Origin: a virus
DNA length: 64,000 nt
Direction: 5' to 3' (one strand)
IMG/VR virus record: IMGVR_UViG_3300045988_175028
Positions 20,530 through 30,312 of the stretch are shown piece after piece (positions within the stretch are counted from its first letter, which is position 1; each line of letters starts with the position of its first letter). The translations under genes were made by a program, and so were the position numbers. A model generated the notes under the pieces. It saw nothing but the letters and a program-made list of their open reading frames with translations, was not told where the DNA came from and did not search any database.

Positions 20530-20558
20530 ATTATATACTAAATTCCAAAAAATTTCAA
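20530..20558 (-). promoter_or_regulatory. consensus phage promoter (TTGAAA-17-TATAAT)
   Basis: Minus strand TTGAAATTTTTTGGAATTTAGTATATAATATATATAGAAAA. Confidence 0.65.
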
Positions 20559-20561
20559 CTA

Positions 20562-22280
20562 TTAGAATGAAAATCTTCCATCTTGAACCTCCATATCTAC
20601 TATAAAGATCTGGGGCAATTCTTGCCCAAGCCAAGTGTTGATATTAGGTCTGCCAACTAAAGTAATATCCATTTCATTTGAAAAACCTTTCAATTCTTCT
20701 ATTAAATCTTTTGCTCTGAACTTAATATAGGTAATTCCATTTTTCTCAATTCGTAAGGTATCTTTATTTTTCCCTATAATTTTTATCTCATTAGGCGAGA
20801 CTACTAAATTAGTAATAGCTATCATCGCTTCAGGATTTTGCTGCCCAAATACCTGCTCATATGGCGCGACATCAAGGATTATGGCTTCTATATCTTTATC
20901 ATTAGCTTTTCTAATAAAATTTACATCATAAATATTTTCTCCAAAATCAATTTGAGAAAGCTCTTTATTTGCAATTTCATGAAGTTTTGAAAGATTTTTG
21001 TCAGAAACGCTAATTCCGAAAGCTTGGTCATGGCCCAACGTATATTCAAAAAGTCCAGTTTTAGATAAAAATTCTTTGAAGGAAGTCAATTCTGTATTAC
21101 TTGGGGCACGGGCGCTACCTCTATCAAAACCTTCAAAATTTCGTCTAGCTAATATAGTAGGTTTATGATATTTTGCCGATAAAACCATAGCCACAAGTCC
21201 ATTTAGCTCAGCGGGAAATTCATCATCATCATCAAGTCTTACAAATAAAATTTGATTTTCCAGCAAATCTTGCTTGAAGATTTTTACTTCTAATTCCTGG
21301 ACTATCTTTTCTTTCATTTTATCTTGATGAACTTTTGCATTTGTGCATTCGCGCGCACTCTCTATACAGAGTCTTTCCATTGTTCCTTTGGCTCCACGTT
21401 TGTGGCACTCTACCATTTCATTTGGTTCAATAAAACTGCGATAAAGTCGATATTTTTCTTCCATTGACCCAACTCGAATCATAGCATTTATAAGAGGAAC
21501 AATATAAAAAGCAACGGTTATAGGATTTATCTTTCCCCCCATTGAATAGTCTTGTTTATCTAATAGAACTCGTAGCATTGTATTCTTTATATTTTGAAAA
21601 CCAGTTTGAACCAAGTATTGATTTTCATATTCAAGCATACTCATCATATCTCCAACTAATGAAACTGCACAAAGGTCAATATAATCATAAGCCCAGTTCC
21701 TCAAAAAATAATCATCTAGGGCTCGGCAAAATTGCCAAACAACCCCTCCACCACAAAGGTTCTTATTTTTATAATTTTTAGAAGTTTGGTTATTTATAAG
21801 TATCATATTGGATGGAATTTCACTTTCAAGTTCTTTTATATGGTGGTCTAAAACAAGGACCGGACAGGTAAAATCCTTTATATATTGTCCATCATTTGTG
21901 GCGCTATCTGGCGCGATAATGAGGCTCCAATCCTTTTTTTCTAATTGCTCCATCATATCAGAAAAACCATGTTGTTTTCCCTCATGAATAAAAAATTCAA
22001 TTTCTTTATCTGGATTCAATCTTTTTATGTATTTATAAATTATAGCAAAAGAACAAATTCCATCGCAATCGCAATCTGCGATAATAGCATAAGGCTTTTT
22101 ATCAAAAATCGTCTTCTCAATAACCCTTATTCCCATTTGGTAATTGTCCAAATCTTCAAAACTTTGTAAGCATTCTTTCGTTGGATGAAGGAAAGCTTGA
22201 ACATCCTGAATACCTCGCGTGCGAAGTAGGTTCTTTCCATAGTCTTCTTTTATCTCTTGATTTACTAGCCGATATTTCAC
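20562..22280 (-). CDS. RecJ-like DHH-family ssDNA exonuclease
   Basis: ADCDCDGICS, APDSATND and VLDHH motifs. Confidence 0.75.
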   Translation of the reverse strand: MKYRLVNQEIKEDYGKNLLRTRGIQDVQAFLHPTKECLQSFEDLDNYQMGIRVIEKTIFDKKPYAIIADCDCDGICSFAIIYKYIKRLNPDKEIEFFIHEGKQHGFSDMMEQLEKKDWSLIIAPDSATNDGQYIKDFTCPVLVLDHHIKELESEIPSNMILINNQTSKNYKNKNLCGGGVVWQFCRALDDYFLRNWAYDYIDLCAVSLVGDMMSMLEYENQYLVQTGFQNIKNTMLRVLLDKQDYSMGGKINPITVAFYIVPLINAMIRVGSMEEKYRLYRSFIEPNEMVECHKRGAKGTMERLCIESARECTNAKVHQDKMKEKIVQELEVKIFKQDLLENQILFVRLDDDDEFPAELNGLVAMVLSAKYHKPTILARRNFEGFDRGSARAPSNTELTSFKEFLSKTGLFEYTLGHDQAFGISVSDKNLSKLHEIANKELSQIDFGENIYDVNFIRKANDKDIEAIILDVAPYEQVFGQQNPEAMIAITNLVVSPNEIKIIGKNKDTLRIEKNGITYIKFRAKDLIEELKGFSNEMDITLVGRPNINTWLGQELPQIFIVDMEVQDGRFSF

Positions 22281-23326
22281 TTCACAATTACTCTCCTTTT
22301 TAATAGCTCTTCAAATTTTTCTTGTCCCTCATCTACTGGAGAGTCCTTCTTTTTTGTAAGGTTTTCTCTATCATAGATAAAAGAAAAATTTGAATAATTT
22401 TTATATTTACTACACATCTTCCACAATTTTTGAAAATAGTCCTCACTTCCAGGCTTTTCTTCATTATCAAAGCAAATAACAATTTCTCTTGGTTGAGCAC
22501 AACGCATCAAAATATCAAGTTGGTACTTATTGAATTGACTTCCACAGGAGGCAACCGCACAGTTAGGAAATGAAAAATTTTCACACATAAGAACGCTTTT
22601 TTCTGCTTCAAAGACATAACAAATTCCATAGCGTTTGATATTTTCCAGATTTTTGTCCAAACCATAGAGGTTTAAACTTAATGGATGTGAATACCATTTA
22701 CCCTCAATTTGAACCGGCATATATTTTCCTACGTTTTCTACCTCCCACTGATTGAGTGCTCGCCCTCTAATTCCAATCAATCCACCTTTAACATTATAAT
22801 GAGGAATTATGATTTTATTTTGACCAATAGAAAAACGAATATTGAATTTATCCATGGCTTTATGAGAAATTCCCTCTTCTTCCCAATCAGCAGGATACTC
22901 TTTTATAAAAACATCCAAGATACCTTTCTCATAAGTTGGAAGTTCTCGTCTTTCTTTTTTTGGCATAAACTCATTTCTTTTTGATTTATAGCTTTCGTTG
23001 ATTTCTGTCTCAGTAAATCTTTTCTCTCCATAACTTTGAACAAATTCTAAAACATCTTCATGCCAGTCATAAGTGATTCCTCTCGTTTCATAATAATGTT
23101 CAATAAAACGAAAGATATTCTGCGCGCCACATTCACTATAACACATAAAAATATGAGTGTTTTTATAATAATAAAGCTTCCAAGATGCTTCATCTAAATT
23201 AGTATTATGACACGCAGTTTTACATAAAAGGAAATCACCCTTGTCTTGCCAAGGAATTTCCAATTTATCCAAAATTTTCTCCACTATTTCATCAGTAAGA
23301 TTTTCAATTATTTCTCTATAGTCCAA
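22277..23326 (-). CDS. DNA primase (Zn-finger plus Toprim)
   Basis: CHN...CYSECG finger, YVFEAEKSV and FDNEEKPG Toprim motifs. TTG start after GAAGGGAGA. Confidence 0.7.
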   Translation of the reverse strand: MDYREIIENLTDEIVEKILDKLEIPWQDKGDFLLCKTACHNTNLDEASWKLYYYKNTHIFMCYSECGAQNIFRFIEHYYETRGITYDWHEDVLEFVQSYGEKRFTETEINESYKSKRNEFMPKKERRELPTYEKGILDVFIKEYPADWEEEGISHKAMDKFNIRFSIGQNKIIIPHYNVKGGLIGIRGRALNQWEVENVGKYMPVQIEGKWYSHPLSLNLYGLDKNLENIKRYGICYVFEAEKSVLMCENFSFPNCAVASCGSQFNKYQLDILMRCAQPREIVICFDNEEKPGSEDYFQKLWKMCSKYKNYSNFSFIYDRENLTKKKDSPVDEGQEKFEELLKRRVIVK

Positions 23327-23340
23327 AGAAATCTCCCTTC

Positions 23341-24885
23341 TTACTTATTTATCTCTTCTAAGAACTTTTGTTCTTTTTCATCCAATTCCCATTCAACCCT
23401 TTGCTGAGTATCATAAAAATCAAGAATAGGATTCATTCTATCATCAGTTATAAATAAATCAGTAAGTCTTAATGTTCCTGTGTTGAAATAACTCCAAATA
23501 CGAACTTGAGTCCAACGACCCGATCGAACCTTGAATACATCAAAGACTCGATTCGGAATTACGCCGCCTATCAAATTTCCATCTTTTTGAAGTATATCTA
23601 TTTCATCTTTTGTAGGTCGCGCGCCGATTACACCATTATCTGCCTTATTTATTGTTGCTCGACCACCAGCTAAACTTGCTTCATTTCGTATTTCTGAATT
23701 ATCATCTGCTTTGGCATTTACCTGAGTTGAAGTAAAAATTGAGACATTTTGTTCAATAGCTAAATCTTTTAGAGCTGTTGCCATCAATGATAAAATTTCA
23801 TCATTTCTAAGATTATGCCCTCGAAATTCATTCAAAACTCCAGGAGAAATAAAAATATAATCAAAAAAGACATAACGCCGTTGGGAAAGAATTACTTCTT
23901 CTCTAACACTTAGTTTTATCTGTTCAATAGAAGGATTTGGTATTCTCATTAGTTTTAGAGTTTTGTAGGTTTTGATTATATGGCGCGCGACCTCAATTCT
24001 TTTTCTTTCGTCATCAGTAAGAGTATTGAACTTAAATTTAGATTCTTCTACTCCACTAAGATATGCCAGAATCATTTTTATTATTTGCTCTGGTTTCTGT
24101 TCTGTCATAATAAAAAGAACAGGCTCGCACGCGCCATTTTTGACCCACTTCCCATCTACTTCACTATAGAAAAATGGAAAAGCCAATTTACACGCGTCAG
24201 CGACAGAAAGTCTTGTTTTACCACATCCACTAGAAAGACTTCGTATTGTAAGAGCCCCAAGCTCTGCACCATTTATAATTGATGAAAAAATCTCTCCATT
24301 GATTGATAGTCCAATACCTTCTTCACTACCAAATGTCTCAATTACATTATCAATTTCGTTCTCCAACTCCCAAGTTTGGACAGTTTCGTTTTGAATATAT
24401 GATTTTTCCACATCTAATAAATTCTTCTTGACTTCTTTTAGTATATCATCTACTGAAAGATTTTTGAAGCGTTGGTTTATATCGAAAGCTTTAGGTTGAG
24501 TTAGGTTTTCACAATAAATATTACTAGTGTCAAGGCCCATTCGTTTGAGGTCTCTTACTAAGTTGAACTTTTTTAGTTCATTATAATAGTAAAGAAAATT
24601 ACCTGGCTCACTCATAAATTCAGCATCTTGAAGGTATTCAATACCGTTATTTTGAGAAAAAACTAACTGCCCACTTGGGGTACTTTCAAGATAACTTGAA
24701 ACATCAACGGGAGTAATATGAGAAGCACCACCTCGATACAAATTATCAATTGCTACAAATAAATAACGAGTAAAAGTTGAGGAGAAATCGGTAGGAGTTA
24801 TTGTATATTTATCTATCTCACTTAGATACTGAGGATGCTTCATTAGACTTCCAATAATTTGGAGTTCTGTATTTCTATCAATCAT
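23341..24885 (-). CDS. dnaB: DnaB-like replicative helicase
   Basis: DnaB-type N-terminus (ELQIIGSLM), Walker A-like SSGCGKT and RecA-fold C-terminus. Confidence 0.75.
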   Translation of the reverse strand: MIDRNTELQIIGSLMKHPQYLSEIDKYTITPTDFSSTFTRYLFVAIDNLYRGGASHITPVDVSSYLESTPSGQLVFSQNNGIEYLQDAEFMSEPGNFLYYYNELKKFNLVRDLKRMGLDTSNIYCENLTQPKAFDINQRFKNLSVDDILKEVKKNLLDVEKSYIQNETVQTWELENEIDNVIETFGSEEGIGLSINGEIFSSIINGAELGALTIRSLSSGCGKTRLSVADACKLAFPFFYSEVDGKWVKNGACEPVLFIMTEQKPEQIIKMILAYLSGVEESKFKFNTLTDDERKRIEVARHIIKTYKTLKLMRIPNPSIEQIKLSVREEVILSQRRYVFFDYIFISPGVLNEFRGHNLRNDEILSLMATALKDLAIEQNVSIFTSTQVNAKADDNSEIRNEASLAGGRATINKADNGVIGARPTKDEIDILQKDGNLIGGVIPNRVFDVFKVRSGRWTQVRIWSYFNTGTLRLTDLFITDDRMNPILDFYDTQQRVEWELDEKEQKFLEEINK

Positions 24886-25421
24886 TCAATGTCCTCCAAA
24901 TTCCATCGAGACTTTTTCTTTTGGGATGTAGTTTTTGGCTTTTTTAGTAGAACTTTTTGCTGAAACTCTCGTTGCTTGATTTGTTCTTCGATTCCAGCCA
25001 AAGTTCCTCGTTCATTGTTCTCTCTTTGTTTCCAATAGGTAGTGGCTTCTTCATAAATAAAGGGAATAATCCCTAACCCCCCATGACCCTTTGACCAGTC
25101 TCCATCTCTAATTTCATAAAAATATTTTAGTGTATAAAAAATACCTTTATAAGTTCCAATTTTATCTTTCTCGACGAATTTTTTCAACTGAGCTTCGCAG
25201 AGATGATAGTCATAAGAAACTTTTAAGTCGTGTGCAATAAAATCATAAATACGTTTTTTCCAATCTTTATCTTTTAGAATATTTCCTTTCTTTAGATTTT
25301 CATAACAAGATTTATGATAATACCATCCTTTAGATGGCATTACCCACTCTGTATCCGCACCGGCTAATTGAGCGTCAAAACGTTCTTTACAGGCACGGCA
25401 GATGACTAAATGTTTTGCCAT
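24882..25421 (-). CDS. hypothetical Cys-rich protein
   Basis: CRACKERF N-terminus. Consensus promoter upstream. Confidence 0.55.
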   Translation of the reverse strand: MAKHLVICRACKERFDAQLAGADTEWVMPSKGWYYHKSCYENLKKGNILKDKDWKKRIYDFIAHDLKVSYDYHLCEAQLKKFVEKDKIGTYKGIFYTLKYFYEIRDGDWSKGHGGLGIIPFIYEEATTYWKQRENNERGTLAGIEEQIKQREFQQKVLLKKPKTTSQKKKSRWNLEDIE

Positions 25422-25444
25422 TTATATCCCTCCAATCTTATTAT

Positions 25445-25473
25445 ATTATACCATATTTTTCTAAAAATGTCAA
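25445..25473 (-). promoter_or_regulatory. sigma-A-type promoter TTGACA-17-TGgTATAAT
   Basis: Minus strand TTGACATTTTTAGAAAAATATGGTATAAT. Confidence 0.7.
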
Positions 25474-25476
25474 AAA

Positions 25477-25500
25477 AGAGGTAGGATTTCTCCTACCTCT
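25477..25500 (-). terminator. intrinsic terminator
   Basis: AGAGGTAGGA/TCCTACCTCT hairpin with a T-run on the minus strand. Confidence 0.65.
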
Positions 25501-25516
25501 AATTTAGTTTTATAGA

Positions 25517-26488
25517 TTACATCGCACGTAAGTCCATGACAGCAAGCTGTAAAAGAGAAACTTGATCCTCAGTAACCTCCGACAGTTTTAGCTTTCGTCC
25601 AAATACCATTTCTACCTTTTTAGACATAGCACGAACTGCTGCTTCCTTATCTTCATCGGTTTGGGCATTATTTACCTTAGTAGTCCAAATCTCACGAGCT
25701 TCAGACATTAAGGCATTGAAGTCGAGTTTTTCTTCCTGGATGATTGGTGCTTCATCAGTTACTAAACCGCCATTTTTTTCTTCCATATCAATAGCCTTAG
25801 CTACCGCTTGTTCAAGCTCATGGAAGCCGAATGGAATGCGAGGTTCAAGATATTTATAACGAGAACCTGCGGTAATAGTGGGAGTGGCACGAGTTTGAAT
25901 CCACCGTTCACTTTCTCCTTTTTCATTCCAGGTTTGAGTAATAACTCCAATAATATCGACAAGACCATTGACAGTTTTTAAACAACGATTATTGAGGTCA
26001 GGCTTATAACCAATTACCTTACCATCATCATCTGCTGTTTCTTTTAGATGGCAAGTCATAATGAGTCCATAGCCCATCATGGTAATTTTACGAAGACAAT
26101 TTTCAAATTCCTTTGAAGTTTGACTATAGCCCCCGCCATAGGGGATATCTCCGATTTTACTCACTCCGTTTTGCTGACAAATAAACTGCTCACAAAGGTC
26201 ATATAGAATACCAATAGTATCAATACAAATAGTTGAATACATTTGTTTTGCTTCAGGCTTTTCTAACTGACGAAGAACTAGCTTGAAATCAGCAAACTTC
26301 TGAATTGGAAGAGCGCGAACGCCAGATTGAGCATTTGTACCAATCTCAGTTGCAAGAATCAGGGCTTTATCACTTTGGGCACAAAATTCAGTCTTTCCAA
26401 TTTTAGGAGCTCCCGCCAAAAGAATGAATTTAGAACGTAAGTCGCGTGAGATTTTATTGGGTTGGAGGGAAAAAATATCAATAGCCAT
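25517..26488 (-). CDS. AAA_24/Sak4-like RecA-fold ATPase
   Basis: ILLAGAPKIGKTEF Walker A and hydrophobic-strand-D Walker B (ICIDTIG). Confidence 0.6.
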   Translation of the reverse strand: MAIDIFSLQPNKISRDLRSKFILLAGAPKIGKTEFCAQSDKALILATEIGTNAQSGVRALPIQKFADFKLVLRQLEKPEAKQMYSTICIDTIGILYDLCEQFICQQNGVSKIGDIPYGGGYSQTSKEFENCLRKITMMGYGLIMTCHLKETADDDGKVIGYKPDLNNRCLKTVNGLVDIIGVITQTWNEKGESERWIQTRATPTITAGSRYKYLEPRIPFGFHELEQAVAKAIDMEEKNGGLVTDEAPIIQEEKLDFNALMSEAREIWTTKVNNAQTDEDKEAAVRAMSKKVEMVFGRKLKLSEVTEDQVSLLQLAVMDLRAM

Positions 26489-26502
26489 AACTATTTACCT
26501 CC

Positions 26503-27426
26503 TTAAAATCCCATATCGTCTCCTGCTAAACGAGAAGTAGTTGGTGCAGGAGTCTTCATCTCACCCTTTACTTTGTTCATATCCTTAACCTTCTGGGCCT
26601 CCAAACGAGCCTTACGGGCCTTCATCGCTTGCGCAAGGTCCTCAACATCAAAGGCCTGCTCACCTTCTAGAGCACTCTGAGAACCACCGGTAATTAGTAG
26701 CTCACTAATACTACGGGTGCGAGTCTTTTCAATGGCTTCACCAAAATCTACATCCTCAATATAAGTCTCAGTAGTAGAGGTAAAGTTCAAACGACCGTTA
26801 GCCTTAAAAGTATAATCGGGCTCCCAATACTGGGTAATAGCATTGATAACATTAGGATTAGAGGCATATAGCTTTACTACCTCAACCTGACCATTCCAAT
26901 TAGGAACAATAGTAGTAACCTCTAGCTTCTTTGGCTCGACTTCAATACCGTCCTTATCAACGACATAATTGATATTAGAAACAGCAAAAGTCAAAGAGAA
27001 ACTGGCCTCAGGCTTAAAATCACCAGTAGCCTTACCAACGAAAGAGGCGCTAATGCGGGGAGAACTTACAAAACGACCATCCTTGGAGAAGAACTCGTTC
27101 ATCTTGATTTTTGCGCCAGTAATACGAATCTTATCGGCACCTTCGCGCCCACCAGCAGACGCAATGGACATAAACTCTTCCTTGACACGCTGAATGCTTT
27201 CATAGGAAGGATTCAGGCCTCCATCCTTCTTATACTTTTGACTAAAAAGATGGACAGGGATTTCAAGATGTAGAGGAACGGCATTTACAACTTGCTCAAC
27301 AAGTACCTTGATAGTTCCTCCAATTGTCTCGATTGTCTCGCCATTCTTGACAAAAGAACCATACTTTAAATCAGTTTCACTTAGTAGACCTTCAATACGA
27401 ACACGGTTTTCGGCTTCATGTAGCAT
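26503..27426 (-). CDS. ssDNA-binding-like protein
   Basis: Position next to the recombinase. C-terminal acidic tip GDDMGF is typical of SSB tails. Confidence 0.45.
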   Translation of the reverse strand: MLHEAENRVRIEGLLSETDLKYGSFVKNGETIETIGGTIKVLVEQVVNAVPLHLEIPVHLFSQKYKKDGGLNPSYESIQRVKEEFMSIASAGGREGADKIRITGAKIKMNEFFSKDGRFVSSPRISASFVGKATGDFKPEASFSLTFAVSNINYVVDKDGIEVEPKKLEVTTIVPNWNGQVEVVKLYASNPNVINAITQYWEPDYTFKANGRLNFTSTTETYIEDVDFGEAIEKTRTRSISELLITGGSQSALEGEQAFDVEDLAQAMKARKARLEAQKVKDMNKVKGEMKTPAPTTSRLAGDDMGF

Positions 27427-27470
27427 AAAATTTTTCTCCTTTTTACATTTACAATAATTACTTTGGTTCT

Positions 27471-27503
27471 TTCATAAAAAGGTAGGAGGAAATTCCTCCT
27501 ACC
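27471..27503 (-). terminator. intrinsic terminator
   Basis: GGTAGGAGGAA/TTCCTCCTACC hairpin plus a T-run on the minus strand. Confidence 0.65.
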
Positions 27504-27519
27504 AAATTATTAAAATAAA

Positions 27520-27771
27520 TTACTCAGCGTCGTCGCTGGGAACAAAGGTGGTACCGGCATCAGTTAGATTTACATAAACTACGGGCTTCTCAGTACCCTC
27601 AACCTCAACCTTCTCACGCTCAACTAGACCCTTCTTCTGTAGGTCAGTTACATTAGCACCTACAGAACGAGAAGCACGACCAATGGCATTACAAATCTCA
27701 TCAATAGAGACATGACCACCATTAGACTTCACATAATCAAATACTTCAGAACTCTTAGCAGTTAGCTTCAT
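27520..27771 (-). CDS. small winged-helix DNA-binding-like protein
   Basis: 83 aa. SIDEICNAIGRASRSVGANVTDLQKKGLV resembles a wHTH. Confidence 0.45.
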   Translation of the reverse strand: MKLTAKSSEVFDYVKSNGGHVSIDEICNAIGRASRSVGANVTDLQKKGLVEREKVEVEGTEKPVVYVNLTDAGTTFVPSDDAE

Positions 27772-27856
27772 TTTAGTTTCTCCTTTTACATATAAAATTA
27801 TTTTTTTTATTATTAGATGAGTAAAGGTTTCATGCCTCTCTCAACTTTCTATAAAT

Positions 27857-27885
27857 ATTATAGCTAAAATTTACAAAACTTTCAA
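27857..27885 (-). promoter_or_regulatory. consensus phage promoter
   Basis: Minus strand TTGAAAGTTTTGTAAATTTTAGCTATAATATTTATAGAAAGTTGAGAG. Confidence 0.65.
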
Positions 27886-27895
27886 ACTTTCAAAC

Positions 27896-30238
27896 TTAGA
27901 AATTTTGGATTTTTATTACTTTTGAATTTCCCCCCAATTTTAGAGTCTTGACTCCTTGTGTGCCACGACTTAATATAGGAATTTCCTCAACTTTCACTCG
28001 AATCTGAGTAGTAGAAGATACAACTAGAATATCGCTAGAGTCAATAAGTGGTAAAAAATCACAAAGATTACCCGCTCTTTGAATCTTTACTCCTTTGGTT
28101 GCGCGTCCGGTAATTTTGAATTCGTTTATATCGGTTCGTTTTGAATATCCATCTTCACTTACAGAAAGAATTTCTCTTGTTTCTTTAGGAATGACTCGTC
28201 CAGAAACAACTTTATCTCCCTCATTTAGCTTAATACCTACAACCCCTCGAGCTACTCTACCAATAGGTCTAATATCTTTAGTTTCGATAATAATAAAATT
28301 TCCTTCCTCGGTAAGGATGCCGACTCTTTCATTTTTCAAAATGAGAATAGAAGCAATCAAATCATCATCATCTAACTTTAAAGCCTGAACGCCAGTGTTT
28401 CTTCGTAAATTATACTCAGAAAGCGCGGACTTCTTCAAAATTCCCTTCTTTGTAAGAAAAAGAATGTTTGAGGACTCTGTATCTTTAGAAAGAATCGTAG
28501 CTGATTTTATTTCATCGTCTCCATTGATGGGTAGGAATGAATTTAGATATTGTTTTTCTCCAATATTGAATTCTCCCATCTTCAAATGATAAAAGGCTCC
28601 GCGCTGTGTAAAAAAGAGAACTTCGTCTGTGTTGTTCCCAATTAGAGTATCAACTACAAATTCTCCTTTATCAAGCTTAAACTTTGAGCCTACACCATTT
28701 CTTCGTTGAGAATAAAGTGTAGAGGTTTCGCTAACAAATACAGCTCCTTCATTTGTGAAAGAAAGAGACAGTTGTTTTTGCTCGATTGTTTCTTCATCAT
28801 TTGAAATATTCAAAATTTTTGTTCGGCGTACGTCTCCAAATTTTTCAGCAACTTCGCGTAAACCTTTTTCAATTTCTTTTTTGAGAAGAGTTTCATCACC
28901 TAAAATGGCTTCAATTCTTTCTTTTTCAGTTTCAAGACTGGACCTTTCAGTTTCTAACTTTGTAATATCTAAATGAGTTAAACGAGAAAGCTTTAGGTCA
29001 AGAATAGCCTTAGCCTGAATTTCATCAATACTTAATAGGCGTTGAAGGCCAATTGAAGCATTCTTCGCATCAGCACTCTGTTTGATAATCTTAATAACTT
29101 CGTCAATCATTGAAATAGCTTTCATCAATCCCTCGATAACGTGAAGACGTGCGAGAATTTTTCTGCGGTCGAATTGAAAACCATTTATATATACGCTTTT
29201 TTCATGTTCCAAATGAGCTTGAAGCATTTCCTTCCAAGTAAAAAGTCTCGGATATCTTCCTTGGTCAAGCATTGTGAAATTGATGCTATAATAATATTGA
29301 AGAGAAGTGTTCTTATATAAATATCGCAGGACTTTATCGGGATTTGCCTTTTTAGATAGATAAATTTTGATAAGAGCAGTTTTTCCTGTCAAGTCATTGA
29401 ATCGTTCTATTCCAGGATTCTTCTCGTCTTCAATAATTTGTTCTAACTCTCCACAAATAGTATTAGTATAAACATTATATGGAATTTCAGTTATTACAAA
29501 ACATCTATCTTTTGCATCAAATTCAACCACGCTTCTTAATTTACAGGCAAATCCAGTGCCATTTTTCATGGACTGCTTTACTTCTTCTTCATTATATAAG
29601 ATAGCACCAGTAGCAAAGTCAGGGGCACAATAGATTTCTTCAAAATCACAATCTGGATTATACAAAAGATGAATTAGAGCGGTATTTAGTTCCTTGAGAT
29701 TGTATTGTGGAACGCTTGAAGCCATTCCAATGCCTATTCCTTGACAACCGTTTACGATATTATAATACCCTTTTGTTGGGAGAACGGCAGGAAATTGTTT
29801 GGTATTGTCATAGCTGTCTCGCCATTCAAAGATAGTTTCTTTATCAATATCTTCAAATAAAATATTTGAAAGTTTAGATAGCCGAGATTCGGTATATCTC
29901 ATAGAGGCCCAGTTTCCACTTTCAATCAAAGAACCAGCATTACCTTTTACATCTACTAAAGGATACCGCATAGCAAAAGGCTGGCCTGCGCGCATAATCA
30001 CAGCTGTGCATGAACTATCTCCGTGAATGTAATAATCGGCCATTGCCATACCTACGGCATTGGCTGTTTTTTTATGGGGGTTAGAAGATGTTAGCTTGCG
30101 AGTAAGCATAGAATAGAAAATCTGGCGCGCAGACGGCTTCAATCCATCTCGCACATCAATTAGTGCTCTTGATTGAAGAACGGCGCCGGCATACTGAGTA
30201 AAACTATCTTTTATAATCGGTGTTAGATTGACTTCCAT
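27896..30238 (-). CDS. type IIA topoisomerase subunit A (GyrA/ParC-like)
   Basis: DGLKPSARQ, YIHGDSS and ASMRYTESRL (catalytic Tyr) motifs. Beta-pinwheel C-terminus. Confidence 0.85.
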   Translation of the reverse strand: MEVNLTPIIKDSFTQYAGAVLQSRALIDVRDGLKPSARQIFYSMLTRKLTSSNPHKKTANAVGMAMADYYIHGDSSCTAVIMRAGQPFAMRYPLVDVKGNAGSLIESGNWASMRYTESRLSKLSNILFEDIDKETIFEWRDSYDNTKQFPAVLPTKGYYNIVNGCQGIGIGMASSVPQYNLKELNTALIHLLYNPDCDFEEIYCAPDFATGAILYNEEEVKQSMKNGTGFACKLRSVVEFDAKDRCFVITEIPYNVYTNTICGELEQIIEDEKNPGIERFNDLTGKTALIKIYLSKKANPDKVLRYLYKNTSLQYYYSINFTMLDQGRYPRLFTWKEMLQAHLEHEKSVYINGFQFDRRKILARLHVIEGLMKAISMIDEVIKIIKQSADAKNASIGLQRLLSIDEIQAKAILDLKLSRLTHLDITKLETERSSLETEKERIEAILGDETLLKKEIEKGLREVAEKFGDVRRTKILNISNDEETIEQKQLSLSFTNEGAVFVSETSTLYSQRRNGVGSKFKLDKGEFVVDTLIGNNTDEVLFFTQRGAFYHLKMGEFNIGEKQYLNSFLPINGDDEIKSATILSKDTESSNILFLTKKGILKKSALSEYNLRRNTGVQALKLDDDDLIASILILKNERVGILTEEGNFIIIETKDIRPIGRVARGVVGIKLNEGDKVVSGRVIPKETREILSVSEDGYSKRTDINEFKITGRATKGVKIQRAGNLCDFLPLIDSSDILVVSSTTQIRVKVEEIPILSRGTQGVKTLKLGGNSKVIKIQNF

Positions 30239-30276
30239 CTTACAGCTCCTTTCTTTTCATTATAATACAATTATAC

Positions 30277-30308
30277 AATAAAAAAGAGAGGAAATCAAAT
30301 TTCCTCTC
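30277..30308 (-). terminator. intrinsic terminator
   Basis: GAGAGGAAA/TTTCCTCTC hairpin plus a T-run on the minus strand. Confidence 0.6.
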
Positions 30309-30312
30309 CTAA